Source: the human T2T-CHM13v2.0 reference genome, Homo sapiens
Reading direction: 5' to 3' (one strand)
DNA length: 64,000 nt
NCBI RefSeq assembly: GCF_009914755.1
Contig: NC_060935.1
Position numbers and translations under genes: made by a program. A model generated the notes under the pieces. It saw only the letters and a list, made by a program, of their open reading frames with translations. It ran no database searches and was not told where the DNA came from. Shown one piece after another: positions 1 to 15,540 of the stretch (positions are counted from its first letter, which is position 1; every line of letters starts with the position of its first letter).

Positions 1-460
1 CATAAAATGGGGTGCTACCTTTTCAACAACGTAGTTTGAAGGTTGAGCTGTTTATTCTGGAATTTTGAGATTCTTCAGTGGTAGGTATGCACTGTAGAAA
101 TTTGGGAATTTTCTATTAGAGATGTTTAGTAATCTAGTTGCTAGGCTAACATGGTTGAAACACTCAGATATTAGTCAATGTGTTCCTTCTTTAATTTGCT
201 CTAAGCTTTTGAATTGGGGTGCTCTAGAAGTAATGGTAACTGCGCCTAGATTCTAATTTGAGAACTAGTAATAGGAAATTTATGTGCTAGAGAATAAAGT
301 AGTAAACCTTAGCTTGCATTCAGAGGCACTTAGAAACAAATTAGTATTGTAGAAGCATTGGAAAGGTATTGTGGGGCAACTAGTTGTAAGTTGATGCATC
401 AGTTTCATACTTAAAGGATAACATTTATTTAGTCTCCTTTTCCTTTTTTCCCCTTTAAAG

Positions 461-502
461 AATGAATTTATCCTTATATTTGGGTGAAAGACCAAGTTAC
501 AG
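461..502 (+). CDS. EMSY: EMSY 42-nt cassette exon, (K)MNLSLYLGERPSY(S), phase 2-2
   Basis: Long pyrimidine tract then TTTAAAG| at 460; AG|GTATGC donor at 503; length divisible by 3, no stop, and in phase with the 3895 exon (AG|T ATG TCT). Confidence 0.85.
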
Positions 503-2689
503 GTATGCAAATAGGTTATTATTATTTCAGGCTTTTTCTTGTATTTATTTCCAAATTGAAGCTCTCAATTATTCAGGGGCACATTATTCCATTTATGAAT
601 TAACCATGCCCCTTGCTTTCCTTCTCTTCCCCTCCTCCCCCTCCTAATACTGCCCACCCTTTAGCCATTTTGCTGCTTGGGAGTACCTCTAGTCAGAGGG
701 TGGGAAGGGAGAGGAGGTGAAAATTTTAATTAGTCATTTTACTACTTGTTAGTTGTCCTGGAAAAGGTTTGGTGGAAGAATTTACAAGTATTTGCCAAAA
801 TATTTTTGGATAATATATGAGTTTCTTTAATCTATTTGACCTCTCCCTTTCCCTCCTCTCTCCATCAGCATGGATAATTGAGAGTTGGCTTTTATCTGCC
901 TGTGTTTCCTCTTTTTTCTCTCCTTTCTGATTTCTTTAATACATAAATTTCATTTTTTTGAAAAGAGTTTACTTCAGTGTATAATTTTGAGCTTCTTAGG
1001 TTTTTCTATATTCTTGTTTTAATATATTATTGTTTTAGTTGGATCAGATGTTTTATCTACTTGTTGAGCTCAAGGGGTCAGTGAGTGGGGATTGGTGAGG
1101 AAGGAATAGATCTCTCATTCTTTCCATCTCCTCTGCCCTCTTCCCCTCAGAAGTAGCAACAGAGCCTAGTTCCAAAGATTATCTATAGGAGGGCTTCATA
1201 CTCCAAGCCTAGAAAAACAACTAAAGGAATGCGCCTGAACTGACTGCATTCCCTTTCTCCTCCCCTCCCCTCCCCCCACTCAAAATAGGAGTTAAGGCCT
1301 GAAGGAATGTGGTTGAAAGGTGATGAGAAAGCTGAGAAGATTGAGCACAAAGGAGGGGGAAACAAAAGGAGTGGGATATCTGGGATCAAAGAAAAGCCTT
1401 TCTTGTGGCTTGAAACATAACACGTGTTTATTGTTTGGCACCAGGCCACTTATTAAGTAGTTTGATACTCTTAATTCAGTTTTTAATTATGTCAGAATGT
1501 TACAGTATTAACGCCTTGGATGTCAAGGAGCTTCGGATTTTTTAATTGGACCACTCTTGCCCATGTTGTCTCTAGATTCAGGAGAAAGTGTCTATCTGGA
1601 ATTTCTGCTCTCTTAATCCTTTCCCCATCACTCAGACATTCACAGGATACTGGGTCAGTTTCTGTGTGAGGATGAGGATTTCTTACTGGTGCCTTATACA
1701 CCAAAGGATATGTGGGCCAAGGTAGTTTCATTAGTATAATCTTAGATTTCTCAGAAAAGGGACTGGAGCAAGGTTTCCCCTGTCATACTTAGTATAAATA
1801 GAGAGACACTTTTATACTCACACTAAAGTATCTCAGTGAAGCCCTCCAGGAAGATGTTTAGTCTATAAAATCTAGTTTAGATAACTTGTGTAACTAATGC
1901 ATATTTACACTTACATCTTCATTACTAAGCAAATAGGAATTTCTGATCTAATTCTAACATGATACTTAATTTTTCACTCAAAGTTTGAGCATGTTTGCAT
2001 GAGTAGAAATTTGGAAGATTTATAGATCTTTCTAAAAGTTGCAGTTGTGTCTTTTGCACTGCAAGTTTTGTCTTTTCAGTAGCATATGTTCATGTGCTTC
2101 AAATTATTAATCTTCCATAATTTCTGCCATCACTTAAACAATGTACCAGGTAAGTGTAGATGTCACTTAATTTGTGTGGTAAACTCTCACCAAGCAAGCT
2201 TATTAGTGATATTATAATAAACTGATAGCAAAATAAAAGTAAGCCAAGAATATGCTGAATAGCTTTTAGAATTTTTTCCTCTAACAATGAGCTTTTCTGT
2301 TTCTTTCTTGTTTGTACCATTCTTTGTTTCAAAAGTAGCATCAACTTGGGGATTATATAATAACAAATTTGTGAGTGTTACTGAAGTTTTAGGAATTCCC
2401 CTTTCCTTTGTCTTAGGTAGGACTGTGTTAAACCATAAAGGAATTTACACATTTTCCACAGTAACCCAGCTGGATTCATCGGCTCTTAGAAATTCCTTTC
2501 TGAGCTGAACTTAAATCCTTAAATTGTAAAAGTGATTTATTCCATTCAGTGAAAGTTGGTAGTAATTCAACAGCACTATCCAGTTGGTATACATCAAAGG
2601 CAAAACCCATTTGAAAAATTTTATACTTTCTACTTATCTGTCAAATAATTTCAGTAGTATGATTATGCTGGTCGAAGGAGACATTTATT

Positions 2690-2860
2690 AGTTGCGTGAC
2701 CTTAGGCAAGTTATTTGATATCTCTGACTCAGTTTCCTCATCTGTAAAATGGAGGTAATAATACTACCAAATTCATAGGATTGAAGAGTTAATACATGTA
2801 ATATGTTTAGAACAATCCTTGACATAAGTGCTTAATGATAACTATCATCATTACTATCAT
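2690..2860 (+). mobile_element. MIR SINE fragment
   Basis: Core motif GTGACCTTAGGCAAGTTATTT...CTCAGTTTCCTCATCTGTAAAATGG. Confidence 0.75.
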
Positions 2861-3894
2861 TATTAGCATTATCATTTTTCCACTGCTCACTAACAAGGGC
2901 TTTATACTCTTATCTAAATCTGAGAATGGGTGGACATACAGAGTCTTAAACTCTAAGTTAGTTTGAAGAACCTATGGTTTCAAATGCAGAAATATTTCAG
3001 ATTTAGTGTGAAGAGATTGATTATTTCGGAGTGAATTTAAACTTCAGCACTAATCATTAGTCAGGGTCTTTCATAGAGCCAAGTTAAGAGAAGTGATACA
3101 ACTACGTTTTGATATTTCAACCTCTGGTTGGATTCTTGGAATAAAATTTGCTCCAGGAATTTTGGGTAGAGAAACTGAGAATGGTGTTTGCTTAGAGAGT
3201 TGAATTGTCTCAATTCCTTCTTAGAGTGAAGGGTGGTATAAATAAATAAAAGTAATGGTGCGTTTCTTCTAGTGTCGTTAGATCTAGTCTGTTTTTAACA
3301 GGAAGGATAATAACAATACATTGTCAGTGACACATACGGTTATATATACAGCACTCTTCTGTTCTTTTCTACTTAGGCTCCCTTGTTTACTGCCTCAGTT
3401 TCCCTTGTTTGAAAGCCTTAGAACCTCTGGCCATGCAGGCAGTTAGATAATTTTCAAAAGGTTCAGTGAATTCCATCCTTAATTAAGGAAAATCTGACTT
3501 TTAAAATTATAAGTGCTTTTTACTTTCTTGTGTTAATTATAAAATTAACTTCTAAAAATTAGTTGAAATACTAGTTTTCATTAGTGATAGCAGATTTAAG
3601 TTAATGAAACCAAGGCCGATATTTATTTAGAAGGCATAGGAAGATTTCTTGTAGTTTCAGTTATGTTCATGATAAGATTCAGATTATAGAATAAACTGTG
3701 TAAGAACCTAAGTGTGTGACATTCCTTGAATTATAATTATTCATAATTTTGATCTTGCTTGCTTAAAATAAAGCCTCTCCTATTCACTCAGGGCACTTTT
3801 TATAATTTAAAAAGTTATATATGTTTGAGCATATATGTTTGATTTGTTTTTAGTGATTGAAAACCCTTGTAGCAGCGCTTTCTTTTTTGTTTAG

Positions 3895-4070
3895 TATGTC
3901 TGGACCTAATAGCTCTTCAGAATGGTCCATTGAAGGTCGTCGATTGGTACCACTGATGCCCCGGCTCGTTCCCCAAACCGCCTTTACTGTAACAGCTAAT
4001 GCTGTTGCTAATGCAGCTATCCAGCATAATGCATCTCTTCCAGTGCCTGCAGAAACAGGAAGCAAGGAAG
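3895..4070 (+). CDS. EMSY: EMSY exon: end of ENT domain plus the RLVPL / PRLVP (PxLxP) motifs
   Basis: TTTGTTTAG| acceptor and GAAG|GTGAGT donor; encodes MSGPNSSSEWSIEGRRLVPLMPRLVPQTAF...GSKE; 176 nt. Confidence 0.96.
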
Positions 4071-4869
4071 GTGAGTAGAAAAATATGCCTGTGTTAGAGA
4101 TTACTTTTCTTAGAATCTTCAAGAAAATTTCAAGAAAAGTTGTCTTATTTTTCATCTACTTTTATTCTAGTGTTTAAAGGTTATGAAACATAGTAGGAAA
4201 CTCTAATTCTGAAATTAGACTGCCAGGTTTTTAGCCTTAGACAAAATTTAGTCTCCCTTTTGTCGAAGGTGTGAATTATGTTAATCATCAAAATTGCAAA
4301 AACCTCGGAATGGATTTTTGATATCAGTGTGTCTTGTTAAAAATGAATAGAAGGCCTTAATGGATGACATTAGAAAATAAATAAGGTAACAGAAGTCATT
4401 TAGCTACTAAAAAATGATTCTGAACTGATAGCTTTAGAAAATAAAGCTGTTTTCATTTTCTGGAATCAGTGATATATGCTACTTCTTTGTTCTGGTTAAT
4501 GAATGTGCTGAATCCATTCCCTGGCAGAAGGGTTTTATCATTATTTATCTAGTAATTGACACATGCTTTAAAAATCCTCCAATGCTCTAGAGGCCACCAA
4601 GAGTAATATTAAATTTGAGAGAGCATATTTGGATTGACTCAAGTAGTTTAGTTTGATGTTGCATGACAATGACCCTAAAAACAATGCATTTGTCAGGTTA
4701 CTCTGGGGAATTGTCTTTGCTTACCTAGCAATGGCCATGGAACAGAGTAAGACACTTTTTTTATGCATGACAGGCTCTGTTTTAGGGTGAGAAAAGGTAT
4801 ATTTGGAGGAAGACAGTGTATAAACTTGGCCTCCATCGAGTTCTTCCATCTACTGACTCTCAGGTAGAG

Positions 4870-5065
4870 TGGAAAGAATACAGAGTTTCCACTAGTCAAA
4901 TCCATGTTTGAATCTTAATTTGTCATTTCCTAGCTGTATGACCTCCAGCAAGTTTGAGCTTCTGTGAGCCTTGGGTTCCTCATCTTTAAAATGAGAATGT
5001 GATGTTGTGAGAATTAGTGAAGATGTATGGAAAGGATTTAGTGTGTGGTACTCAATAAATGGTGC
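4870..5065 (+). mobile_element. MIR SINE fragment
   Basis: TTCCTAGCTGTATGACCT...TTCCTCATCTTTAAAATGAG...TACTCAATAAAT. Confidence 0.7.
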
Positions 5066-5647
5066 CTATAACCTATTCTTACTGTTGTTTAGCTGTATCC
5101 CTTCGTTGAATGATAGGTTGAAATATGATGTTGTCATTATTTTAGTTGAGTTGTTGTGCTGCTTGGATGGCAATGACTAGCGAGTTGATTTATAGAAAAG
5201 AACGTTTCCTTGATTGTTCCCTAGTGGCCACATTGGAAATTGCTAAGGTTAGGGAAAAATTATCCACCCATATCATTGGTGCTGCTATTAGTATTAAAAG
5301 GGAATACAAGTAAGTGCCTGTTGTCCCACTCCTGCCATGAGTGAAAATTATTTTCATTTTTTCTCAGTATAATTTTAAACTTTATTTCTTTGTAACTGTG
5401 TTTTTCTCCGTCAGCAATGTCACCTGTAGACAAGCTGTTAAATACTTGGGAAAAATCTATTTAAGTGATAATTTTCAGGAAAGGTTATTAATGCCTTTTA
5501 ATCTGTGGACCTAATACCTAGTACTGGCCTCTGACTTCTGATCACATGAAAATGTTAAAATTGGCCTGCAATAAAAATAATTTTTTTGTATGCCTGGACA
5601 GTTTTGGTGAAAGTTAACAGCAAACTTTTTTATCGTTCCTTCAGTAG

Positions 5648-5797
5648 TGGTTTGCTATTCCTACACAAGTACCACGTCAACCCCAACCTCTACCCCTGTT
5701 CCAAGTGGCAGCATAGCAACGGTTAAGTCTCCAAGACCTGCCAGTCCTGCCTCCAATGTAGTTGTCTTGCCAAGTGGAAGTACTGTTTATGTCAAAA
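5648..5797 (+). CDS. EMSY: EMSY exon VVCYSYTSTTSTPT...GSTVYVK; alternative start at 5645 (NAGNAG)
   Basis: TTCCTTCAGTAG| acceptor and AAA|GTAAGT donor; 150 or 153 nt, phase 1-1; absent from the ORF track. Confidence 0.94.
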
Positions 5798-6384
5798 GTA
5801 AGTGATATTCTCAGTGTTATCAGGGCCTTCTTGGCTAAATGCTGCAGTCTAGGCTCTGATTAGACCTGCCTTCCTGGATTAAATCATTGGTCCACTAGCT
5901 GTTAGTAGGTTAGTTTTTGAAGATTTTAAAGAATTCCTTTCTTTACATATGACTAGGTATATATTGCTTTTTTAATCAGTTCTGGGGTTTCAGAAGTGAC
6001 TTCATTTTCATTGTCTGTGGGTAATCTGCCTTTGAACTGTGTTATCCTTAAGAATTCACTTTTTTGATTGTCATGAAATAGAAATGTTGTGAATAGAAAC
6101 TGAAGGAATGTGCTTATGTAATTTATTCAATATTTCTCCTATAATTTTAATCTTTGTAGTATTTTCTTAGATTATTTTATATAATGTATTATCCAGCTGT
6201 TATATTCAGTGAAACATTCTAGAGAGCCTATCTTTATTTCTAATTGACTGTAATTTTTGAAGTTTCTTTTGTTTGTAGTTTTTAATTCCTTGATTCTACC
6301 CTATGAAGCAGTTTGGTGTCCTGTTCATTTTTTTTTCATTTTTTTGTTTTTAATTTCTGTTAAGACAATGTTGCTTTATATATA

Positions 6385-6900
<516 letters not shown>

Positions 6901-7361
6901 TTTATTTTTTGCTTTGTTTTTCCTGTCAACTGGAGGTGATTAATATTTGATTTTCATTTTTCTCAATATGGTTATAAACTTGATTTCTTTGTAACTTAGA
7001 GGTAAAGTTTGCTGTTTTAGACAGGAACAATTCTAGGTCTTTGTCGGCCCCGTTTAAATTAAAAGTTAAAAAATTGAAGGTGTAGGGGTTATATTTTATT
7101 ACTAATTTCATGAGTCATGCTATATAATTGTTTATGTCTGCTCTGCAGAGATTTTCTATGTTAAGTTGCTGTGTTTCATGTTTCTCACTTGATTTTTAAA
7201 AAGTCTACAAAAACAGTTGAGGCTTTAGTTCATAAAGAAAAAACGCAGAATCTAGGACTATTAATTAAATTTATATCTGATTTCTGCAGATTTAGCCAAG
7301 GTGGTCTTTTAAAATAACTGTAGAGACCTACTTTTTGATCATTTTTAAAACACTAGGCTGG

Positions 7362-8015
<654 letters not shown>

Positions 8016-8672
8016 TCATATAATATGTAGTTTTAAGTAACAGGAAGATTATTGCTTTATGCTCAGAAGTCATACCAACAACATTAGTTTGAGATGTAAT
8101 TGTTTATTTACCTGACTTTGTATGTGCAAGGCACTATACTGGGGAAACAAACCAATAAGACTTAGTCATTACCCTCTGGGAGCCCCTTACTAATGGGAGA
8201 TATGTAGACAATCACATTGCCATCTGGTAAGTGGTACAGCTTAGGGGAGAGGTGGATTAGCTTTGCTTAGAGGAATAAGGGAAAGCTTCACTAAGGAGAT
8301 GGCTTGTAGGATGATGATTGCAGAATGATGAAGAGGTCATTGATGTTAGGTGGTATTCCCCAAGGAACAATAGTATATGGATACTCAGAGATGGATAGAA
8401 TGTGGTTAAGGTGGCTTTGGGGAATGGTTAGCAGTTCAGAATCCCAAGATTATAGGGGTACATGGGGTTGGATGTAACAGGTATTGTGTTCTTGGAAAGA
8501 TATGGAGTCTTGAATGATATGGTAATGATTTTGTGCCTCATCTTGTAGGGAGATAAAAACTACTAAAGGATTTTAGGCAGTGCATAGGCATGATGAGATG
8601 TGAAATTTTGCAACTAGTAGTAGGATTGAGGGTAGATAGAAGTGGACAGACTGGAAGCATGGACATCTTTTA

Positions 8673-9360
<688 letters not shown>

Positions 9361-9532
9361 GAAAGGAGGGAAGGCATTCAGAGACCACTTCTCTGAGGGA
9401 AGATTGATAGAACTTATTGGCTAATGGCTTAAGACAGAGAGAGGACAAGGATGATATAAAGATTTTAAAAATAAAGTGTATAATGCAAGATTAGTTTGGT
9501 ATACATATAGCAGTATTGTCATTGCCCTTCAG

Positions 9533-9792
9533 GTGTAAGCTGTTCAGATGAAGATGAAAAACCCAGAAAACGAAGGCGAACAAACTCTTCCAGCTCCTCT
9601 CCTGTTGTTCTAAAGGAAGTTCCAAAGGCCGTTGTTCCAGTCTCAAAGACGATCACTGTGCCTGTGAGTGGTAGTCCCAAGATGAGCAACATCATGCAGA
9701 GCATTGCCAACTCCTTACCACCCCACATGTCTCCTGTAAAAATAACCTTCACTAAACCATCAACACAGACAACAAACACAACAACACAGAAG
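9533..9792 (+). CDS. EMSY: EMSY exon SVSCSDEDEKPRKRRRTNSSSSSP...TTTQK (basic NLS-like cluster, RxRxxS basophilic kinase motif)
   Basis: CCCTTCAG| acceptor and AAG|GTATGT donor; 260 nt, phase 1-0. Confidence 0.96.
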
Positions 9793-9849
9793 GTATGTGG
9801 TGGAGGGAGTCTCTGCCTGCCAATTGTTTCTTTCAGACAGTATGATTCA

Positions 9850-10025
9850 GATTTAATAAACATGCACTGAGTGCTTACTATGTGCTTGGCATTATGCTGG
9901 GGATGTTCACATCTTTTACTTTGTTTAATTTTCCAGATAAGGCTTTGGGATAGGTATTATTATTTCAGTTTTGCAGATGAGGCTTTGCGATGTTAAATGA
10001 CTTGCATAATATGACACAGCCGAAT
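9850..10025 (-). mobile_element. MIR fragment
   Basis: TGAGTGCTTACTATGTGC...TATTATTATTTCAGTTTTGCAGATGAGG...TTAAATGACTTGC. Confidence 0.7.
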
Positions 10026-10299
10026 CTCTTCTAAGAATTGTGCTCTATTTTATAGTTGTAATCCTATTTGGAAAAAATTTAAAATAGAAAAAAATTTTAA
10101 CCTATATTTGTATGACCTTCCCTGTAGCAACTCAGGTTTTAATTTGCCAAAGTAGTAAAGTTGTCAGGTGTTTCATAGAAGAAAGGAAGGATATAATTAA
10201 GTGAATAACTTTTGTTATCTTCTTTTTAAATTCTTTGTATGCTGTTATTAATTCATTCCTAAACTCTTCTCTAAATATGTTGAAGTCATTATTATTTTG

Positions 10300-12270
10300 T
10301 CAGTTTCATGTTTTTAGACCCCTCTGTCTTCCCACACTGATCTGGATGGACCATAATGGCTCTCTAGGCTTGTTGTACACCTATATTTCTGGGATCTCTC
10401 TTTAACCATCATTCTGATCTTCTTTGTTAGTTTCTTTGCTTATTTTGCCAGAGCATATCCTCCAGTAGCTACCTGGTGTATGGGTGGATGGAAAGTAAAT
10501 TTTTGGGGACCTTGCATGGTAGACTGCAAATTTCTTTATTCTACCTTCCCACTTTTTTTATGGTTTAACTAGGAAAAGTATTCTAGGTTGGAAGTGATTT
10601 TCCCTGTGAATTTTTGAAGATGTTGTTGCTCTGTTGGCTTCCGGCTTCCATTATTGATTTTGGGAAGTCCAGTACCATTCTAATTTCAGATACTGTTTTT
10701 CTCTTTACAAACTTTCAGTAACTTTCAGAATTCTGAAATTTCAAGGTAATGTTCCTTGGTGTGGGTCTTTATTTCATCGATTAGGTTGTATACTCAGTGG
10801 GCCCTTTTATTCTGAATATTTATGTCCTTCAATTCTGATACATTTCTTGAGTTATTTGATTTGTCTCTGTTTTCTCTTTTTGGATCACCTGTTATTTGCC
10901 TATTGAACTGCCTGGATTGATCCATTTATCTTTCTCATTTCCATTTTCCATTTGTTTGCATTGTTTTCCTACTCTAATATAATGGAAAAAGCCTGTATTT
11001 TGGAATTGGACTTCTTGGATTCAGATCCCAGCTTTTGCCACTTACTAGCTGCGTGACTGTGGGAAAACTAAACTCTCTACCCGAGTTTTCTCATCTATAA
11101 AACAGAGAAAACAATGTATTTATTTTATAGGATTTTTGGGTGTAAATACATGAAATAATATATGAAAAATTGTTACAGCCTTGCACGTAGTAAATGTTCA
11201 GTATTTTTATTTTCTTTATCATTTAATTTTATTTTTCACTACATTTATAGAGTTTTTCATTTTTGCTCTCATACTTTAAATTTCTAGTAACTCTTTTTCT
11301 CTCAAAGTTCCTTTAAAAAAAAAAAAAGCATCCTACTCTTTCATAGAAGCATTGTATTCTCTTACCTAATGAGATTCATGACAATTTTTTAAATGTTTTC
11401 TTCTTTCATGTTCTCTCTGTAAGTTCCTTTTATCTATTTGTTTTGATCTCTTTTATTTAGTTTTCTTAAGTGTCTGGCTGTCTGCTTACGAATGAAAATA
11501 GGCACTAAAAAGGTGACAGAAAGCTCTGTGTGTATGGGTGGGACATGCTGACTGGTGACTTTCATCGTAAATTGACCTAGCTGGACTATTTTGTTCAGGA
11601 ACATCCACTACCCCTTTACCTCCACCATTTGTCACTGTCTTTAGGGCTTTTGTTTGGACTGGTAGGATTGTTCAGAAATATCCCAGTCTCCTGCCTCGAG
11701 TAATATAAGCCTGGTTGGCAGTGTTTTGTTTGGGGGTTAAATAGAGGGAAAGGGCTGGGTGGGCTCACCATTCATGATATATATACTTTACTTATCTCCT
11801 CTGTTTTTAGCGTAGTACCTGGCCCCCCAGATGTGCCTGATGTCATTAGATTTCTTTGTCAATCTCCCTCATGACAGTAAATTCTTAGCCTTCCCTTAGG
11901 ATGGGGGAGAATAGCTAGGGATCTAAATCGTTCTTAAACAGATTTTCAACTAATTTTCCTCTCTTCAGTTGCATGTTTATCCCCACTTCAGAAGTATCTG
12001 GTGTTCTCAATTCCTGAGTCTTTCTGGGGCTCACAAATGCAGGCTGCCTTATTTTTTGTTACTCTTTACTGCCTTAGGTTTTTACACTCTTAGATATGCT
12101 TAATCCATTCTTATTTGTCTGTTTTTCAGTTTCCAAACTTTATAGCTGTTGTCACCTTTTTGTTTTGACCTTATAGGTTTATGTGCCTTTTCCCTTTTAA
12201 AAAAAAATCCCTTCATGCTGTTTTAGAGGGATTTTGGGGAAGGACTGGAGGTAAATTCTGTGTTCGGTGT
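10300..12270 (-). mobile_element. Old degraded L1M-like fragments with an internal MIR (about 10980-11200)
   Basis: T-rich antisense L1 ORF1/5' motifs (ATTCTAGGTTGGAAGTGATTTTCC, CCTTGGTGTGGGTCTTT); MIR core at about 11030-11100. Confidence 0.5.
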
Positions 12271-13421
12271 ATGGTCTTTCAACCTTTGAATCTTTACTCC
12301 TGTGATAACTTCCCCTTAAAGAACCTCCTCGAGTTTCTTGCAAAGATGTCACTATATAATATATTAAAAATTATCATTATTAGTAACTAGAAGTGATAAT
12401 GAGCTGATCTGTGGGATGTAATTCTATTTTCAGTCTGAAGATGAGGGATTATGGTATGGTATTAGAATCAAACAAAAACTTTGAGAGTCAAGAGTCCTGG
12501 GTTAGAACCCTAGTTCTTCTAGTATGACCTAAATAAATTAGTCTTTCTAAATCTGTTCACTCATTTATGAGATGAGAATGATGTCATCTTAGGACATTAT
12601 TGCAAGGATTAAATGAGATTGGATATTTAAAGAGCAACATAAGGTATGTATTCAACAATTGTTAGTTCCTTCCCTTGCAGGTATTTTATGGAGTGTAGAG
12701 TTTTGTTTATTTACACTGTTGATTAATGAGCTGTTCCAAATAAATGAATTCATCAGTTCATTGAAGCATATCCCTTCATATATAGAAATTAACTATTTTT
12801 GATGACTTCTTAAGTTTTATACTGAGGATAATTTTTACATTTTTATTTGATGACTCCAAGATAATCTTTCTGAATGTCACTTTTTATATGCTATTATAGT
12901 TATTGCTTTCTAAGCTGGCCCTATATTAGGTGGCATCAGTCTGCTGTGCCCTGAATTTTTAAGTCTACTTACTATAACGCTTTTAACTGCCTTTGTTGCT
13001 GGATCTTATTTTCTCAGTAATTCTTCTCTCTTCCCTGCTTCTTGTCTAGTCTTTTAATTTAGTATTTGAGAAATAGTAAAGCAAAGCTGTAGCTAAAAGC
13101 GTACCTACCTCCCATCCATATCCTTCTATTCCTGTACTCTGTTTTATTGTTATTCATTATACTTACAACTAGTTGATATTATATTGCAAAGTTGTTTATC
13201 TTCTATTTCTCCCAGGGACTATAAGCTGCTAAGGGTAGAGACTTTGTCTTATTCTTCAATGTATTCCCTAGTATTTAGAATAGTACCTGGCATGTAGTAA
13301 GTGCTAATTAATATTTGTTGAATGAGTAAATTAATTAATGAATGAATAGAAGTATCTGGTTCCAATACTGGCTTAGCTACCTCCCTTGAGCCTGTTTCTT
13401 TGTAAAATAAAGATGATCATA

Positions 13422-13715
<294 letters not shown>

Positions 13716-15299
13716 CTTAACGTAGTACATACAGTGAGTGCTCAGTAAATGTCACCTAACACTATTAACTTTTCAGTCTTCTTTGGTGGACTTAGCTAAA
13801 AATACGTGTAGTAGATGAGGACTCAGTGAAGTTTGTGAACTTTTTTTAAGTTCATTGACTTTACCATATATTTATTTTTATTTTTTTTCTTCTGAATTTT
13901 CAATTGAGAATGGATAGTTGAGGTTTTCAGACTTGGGATGTTTGAAAGAGGGCATATTTATCTCCCAAGTTATATATGAGCCATACCATGAGAGTTCAGG
14001 TTCAGAACCTTAGATTTGGCTTACTATGGTTAAAAAAAACAAATGTTTAAAACAAATTAAATTAAAAATAAGACTCATTCATTCCACAAATATTTATTGA
14101 GCACCTACTATGTTCCAGATGTAAAACTGTACTCTTTTACTTCTTGTGTACTCAATGCCATTACTTTTATTATTTTGTGGACAAGCTGATATGGGTAGGA
14201 CTAATAAATGTTCTTGGAGTTTTATGTTTTTCTTTTGCTTGGGTAATTGGATTTTTCTGAAATCTATCCAAGGCTGTTGCCATTATTGCATTCACTTTGG
14301 ATTTGTCACAAATCCTGTATAAGGCAACTTAGGAATTATTGTAGGTGAAGTGATTTTTATATTAAGTATAATTATTTATGAATTTGTGGACTTTATTCAA
14401 ATTCAAATAGGTAATATATTTTCAGGGTAGACACATTTCCACCTGTGTTAATGTGGTGCCTTCATTTTAAATATAACATTGATGCAGCACTTATATATCA
14501 GAGCAGCAGAATTTAGCTTTATGCCTTCATGTGCTTGATTGATATTTTTCATTTTGTCCTTAGGGTGCAAGTCCCAGCACTCTTAAGGAGTTTTTGTGAG
14601 TGCTAGAAGGTCAGTAATTTGAATTATGGCCTGAATAAACACTGTTTGGTTCACTTGGTTTTAAACCCCTATACTTCCTCCTGTTGTAATGAGTAACTTT
14701 AAAGTACAAGTAGGTTTCCTCCAAGGTGGATCTCTAATGAAGGATAACTTCTTTTCAGATCAGAAATCATCTTGCAGGCTGAAATCTCAAAATAGATCTT
14801 ATCATTTGTATCTGTAACCTAAAATATGCTCTTAAAGACTCTAGATTCATTTTGCTGAAGTTTTGTCTTAATGTTAAAGCCTACATGTATACTCTAATTC
14901 TGAAATTGCAAATATTTGGTACAAGTGTGAATGCTTCCCTTGCCCTTGCCCATGACAGACATTGCTAATTAACTGTGGCATACTTTCCTGCTAAGCCTTG
15001 GTGAATTCTTATCTGGGCCTCAAAGTCCTTATAAGCATTGTGCTCCAGGAAGCTACTACAATTAGTTCAGAACTGGCAAAAGTGAACCCTAATTGCCATT
15101 ACTACTCTAATGGTTTGGCTGTGGCAGCAGCTGTGAATTCTTTGGATTCTCAGAGGTATCAGAATTTGGGAAAAAAATAAGAGAAGTTTTAAGTGAAACA
15201 AAGTATATTGAAATGCATTTTCAGATTGATTTGATGTATAATGCCTTTACTGATATCCTTTTCACATTTATTAAGTAGTAGTAATAAGCTACTAATAAG

Positions 15300-15540
15300 T
15301 ACCATTTGTTGACTGCCAAATATTGACAACCTGCTATGTGCCTAGCACTATGTCAGATGCTTAACATCATTATATCGTTTAATCCTTGTAATGACTTTGC
15401 AAGGTAGGTATTATTATCCCCATTTTATAGATGAAAATTGGAGCCCAGAGATTCCAACATGTCCAGGGGCCTGCCATTTTTAAGTGGCAGAGGCAGGATC
15501 TAAGTGCAGGTTCATTTAAGCTTGTGGTCTTTTTGCCATA
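15300..15540 (-). mobile_element. MIR fragment
   Basis: CTATGTGCCTAGCACT...TATTATTATCCCCATTTTATAGATGAAA. Confidence 0.72.
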
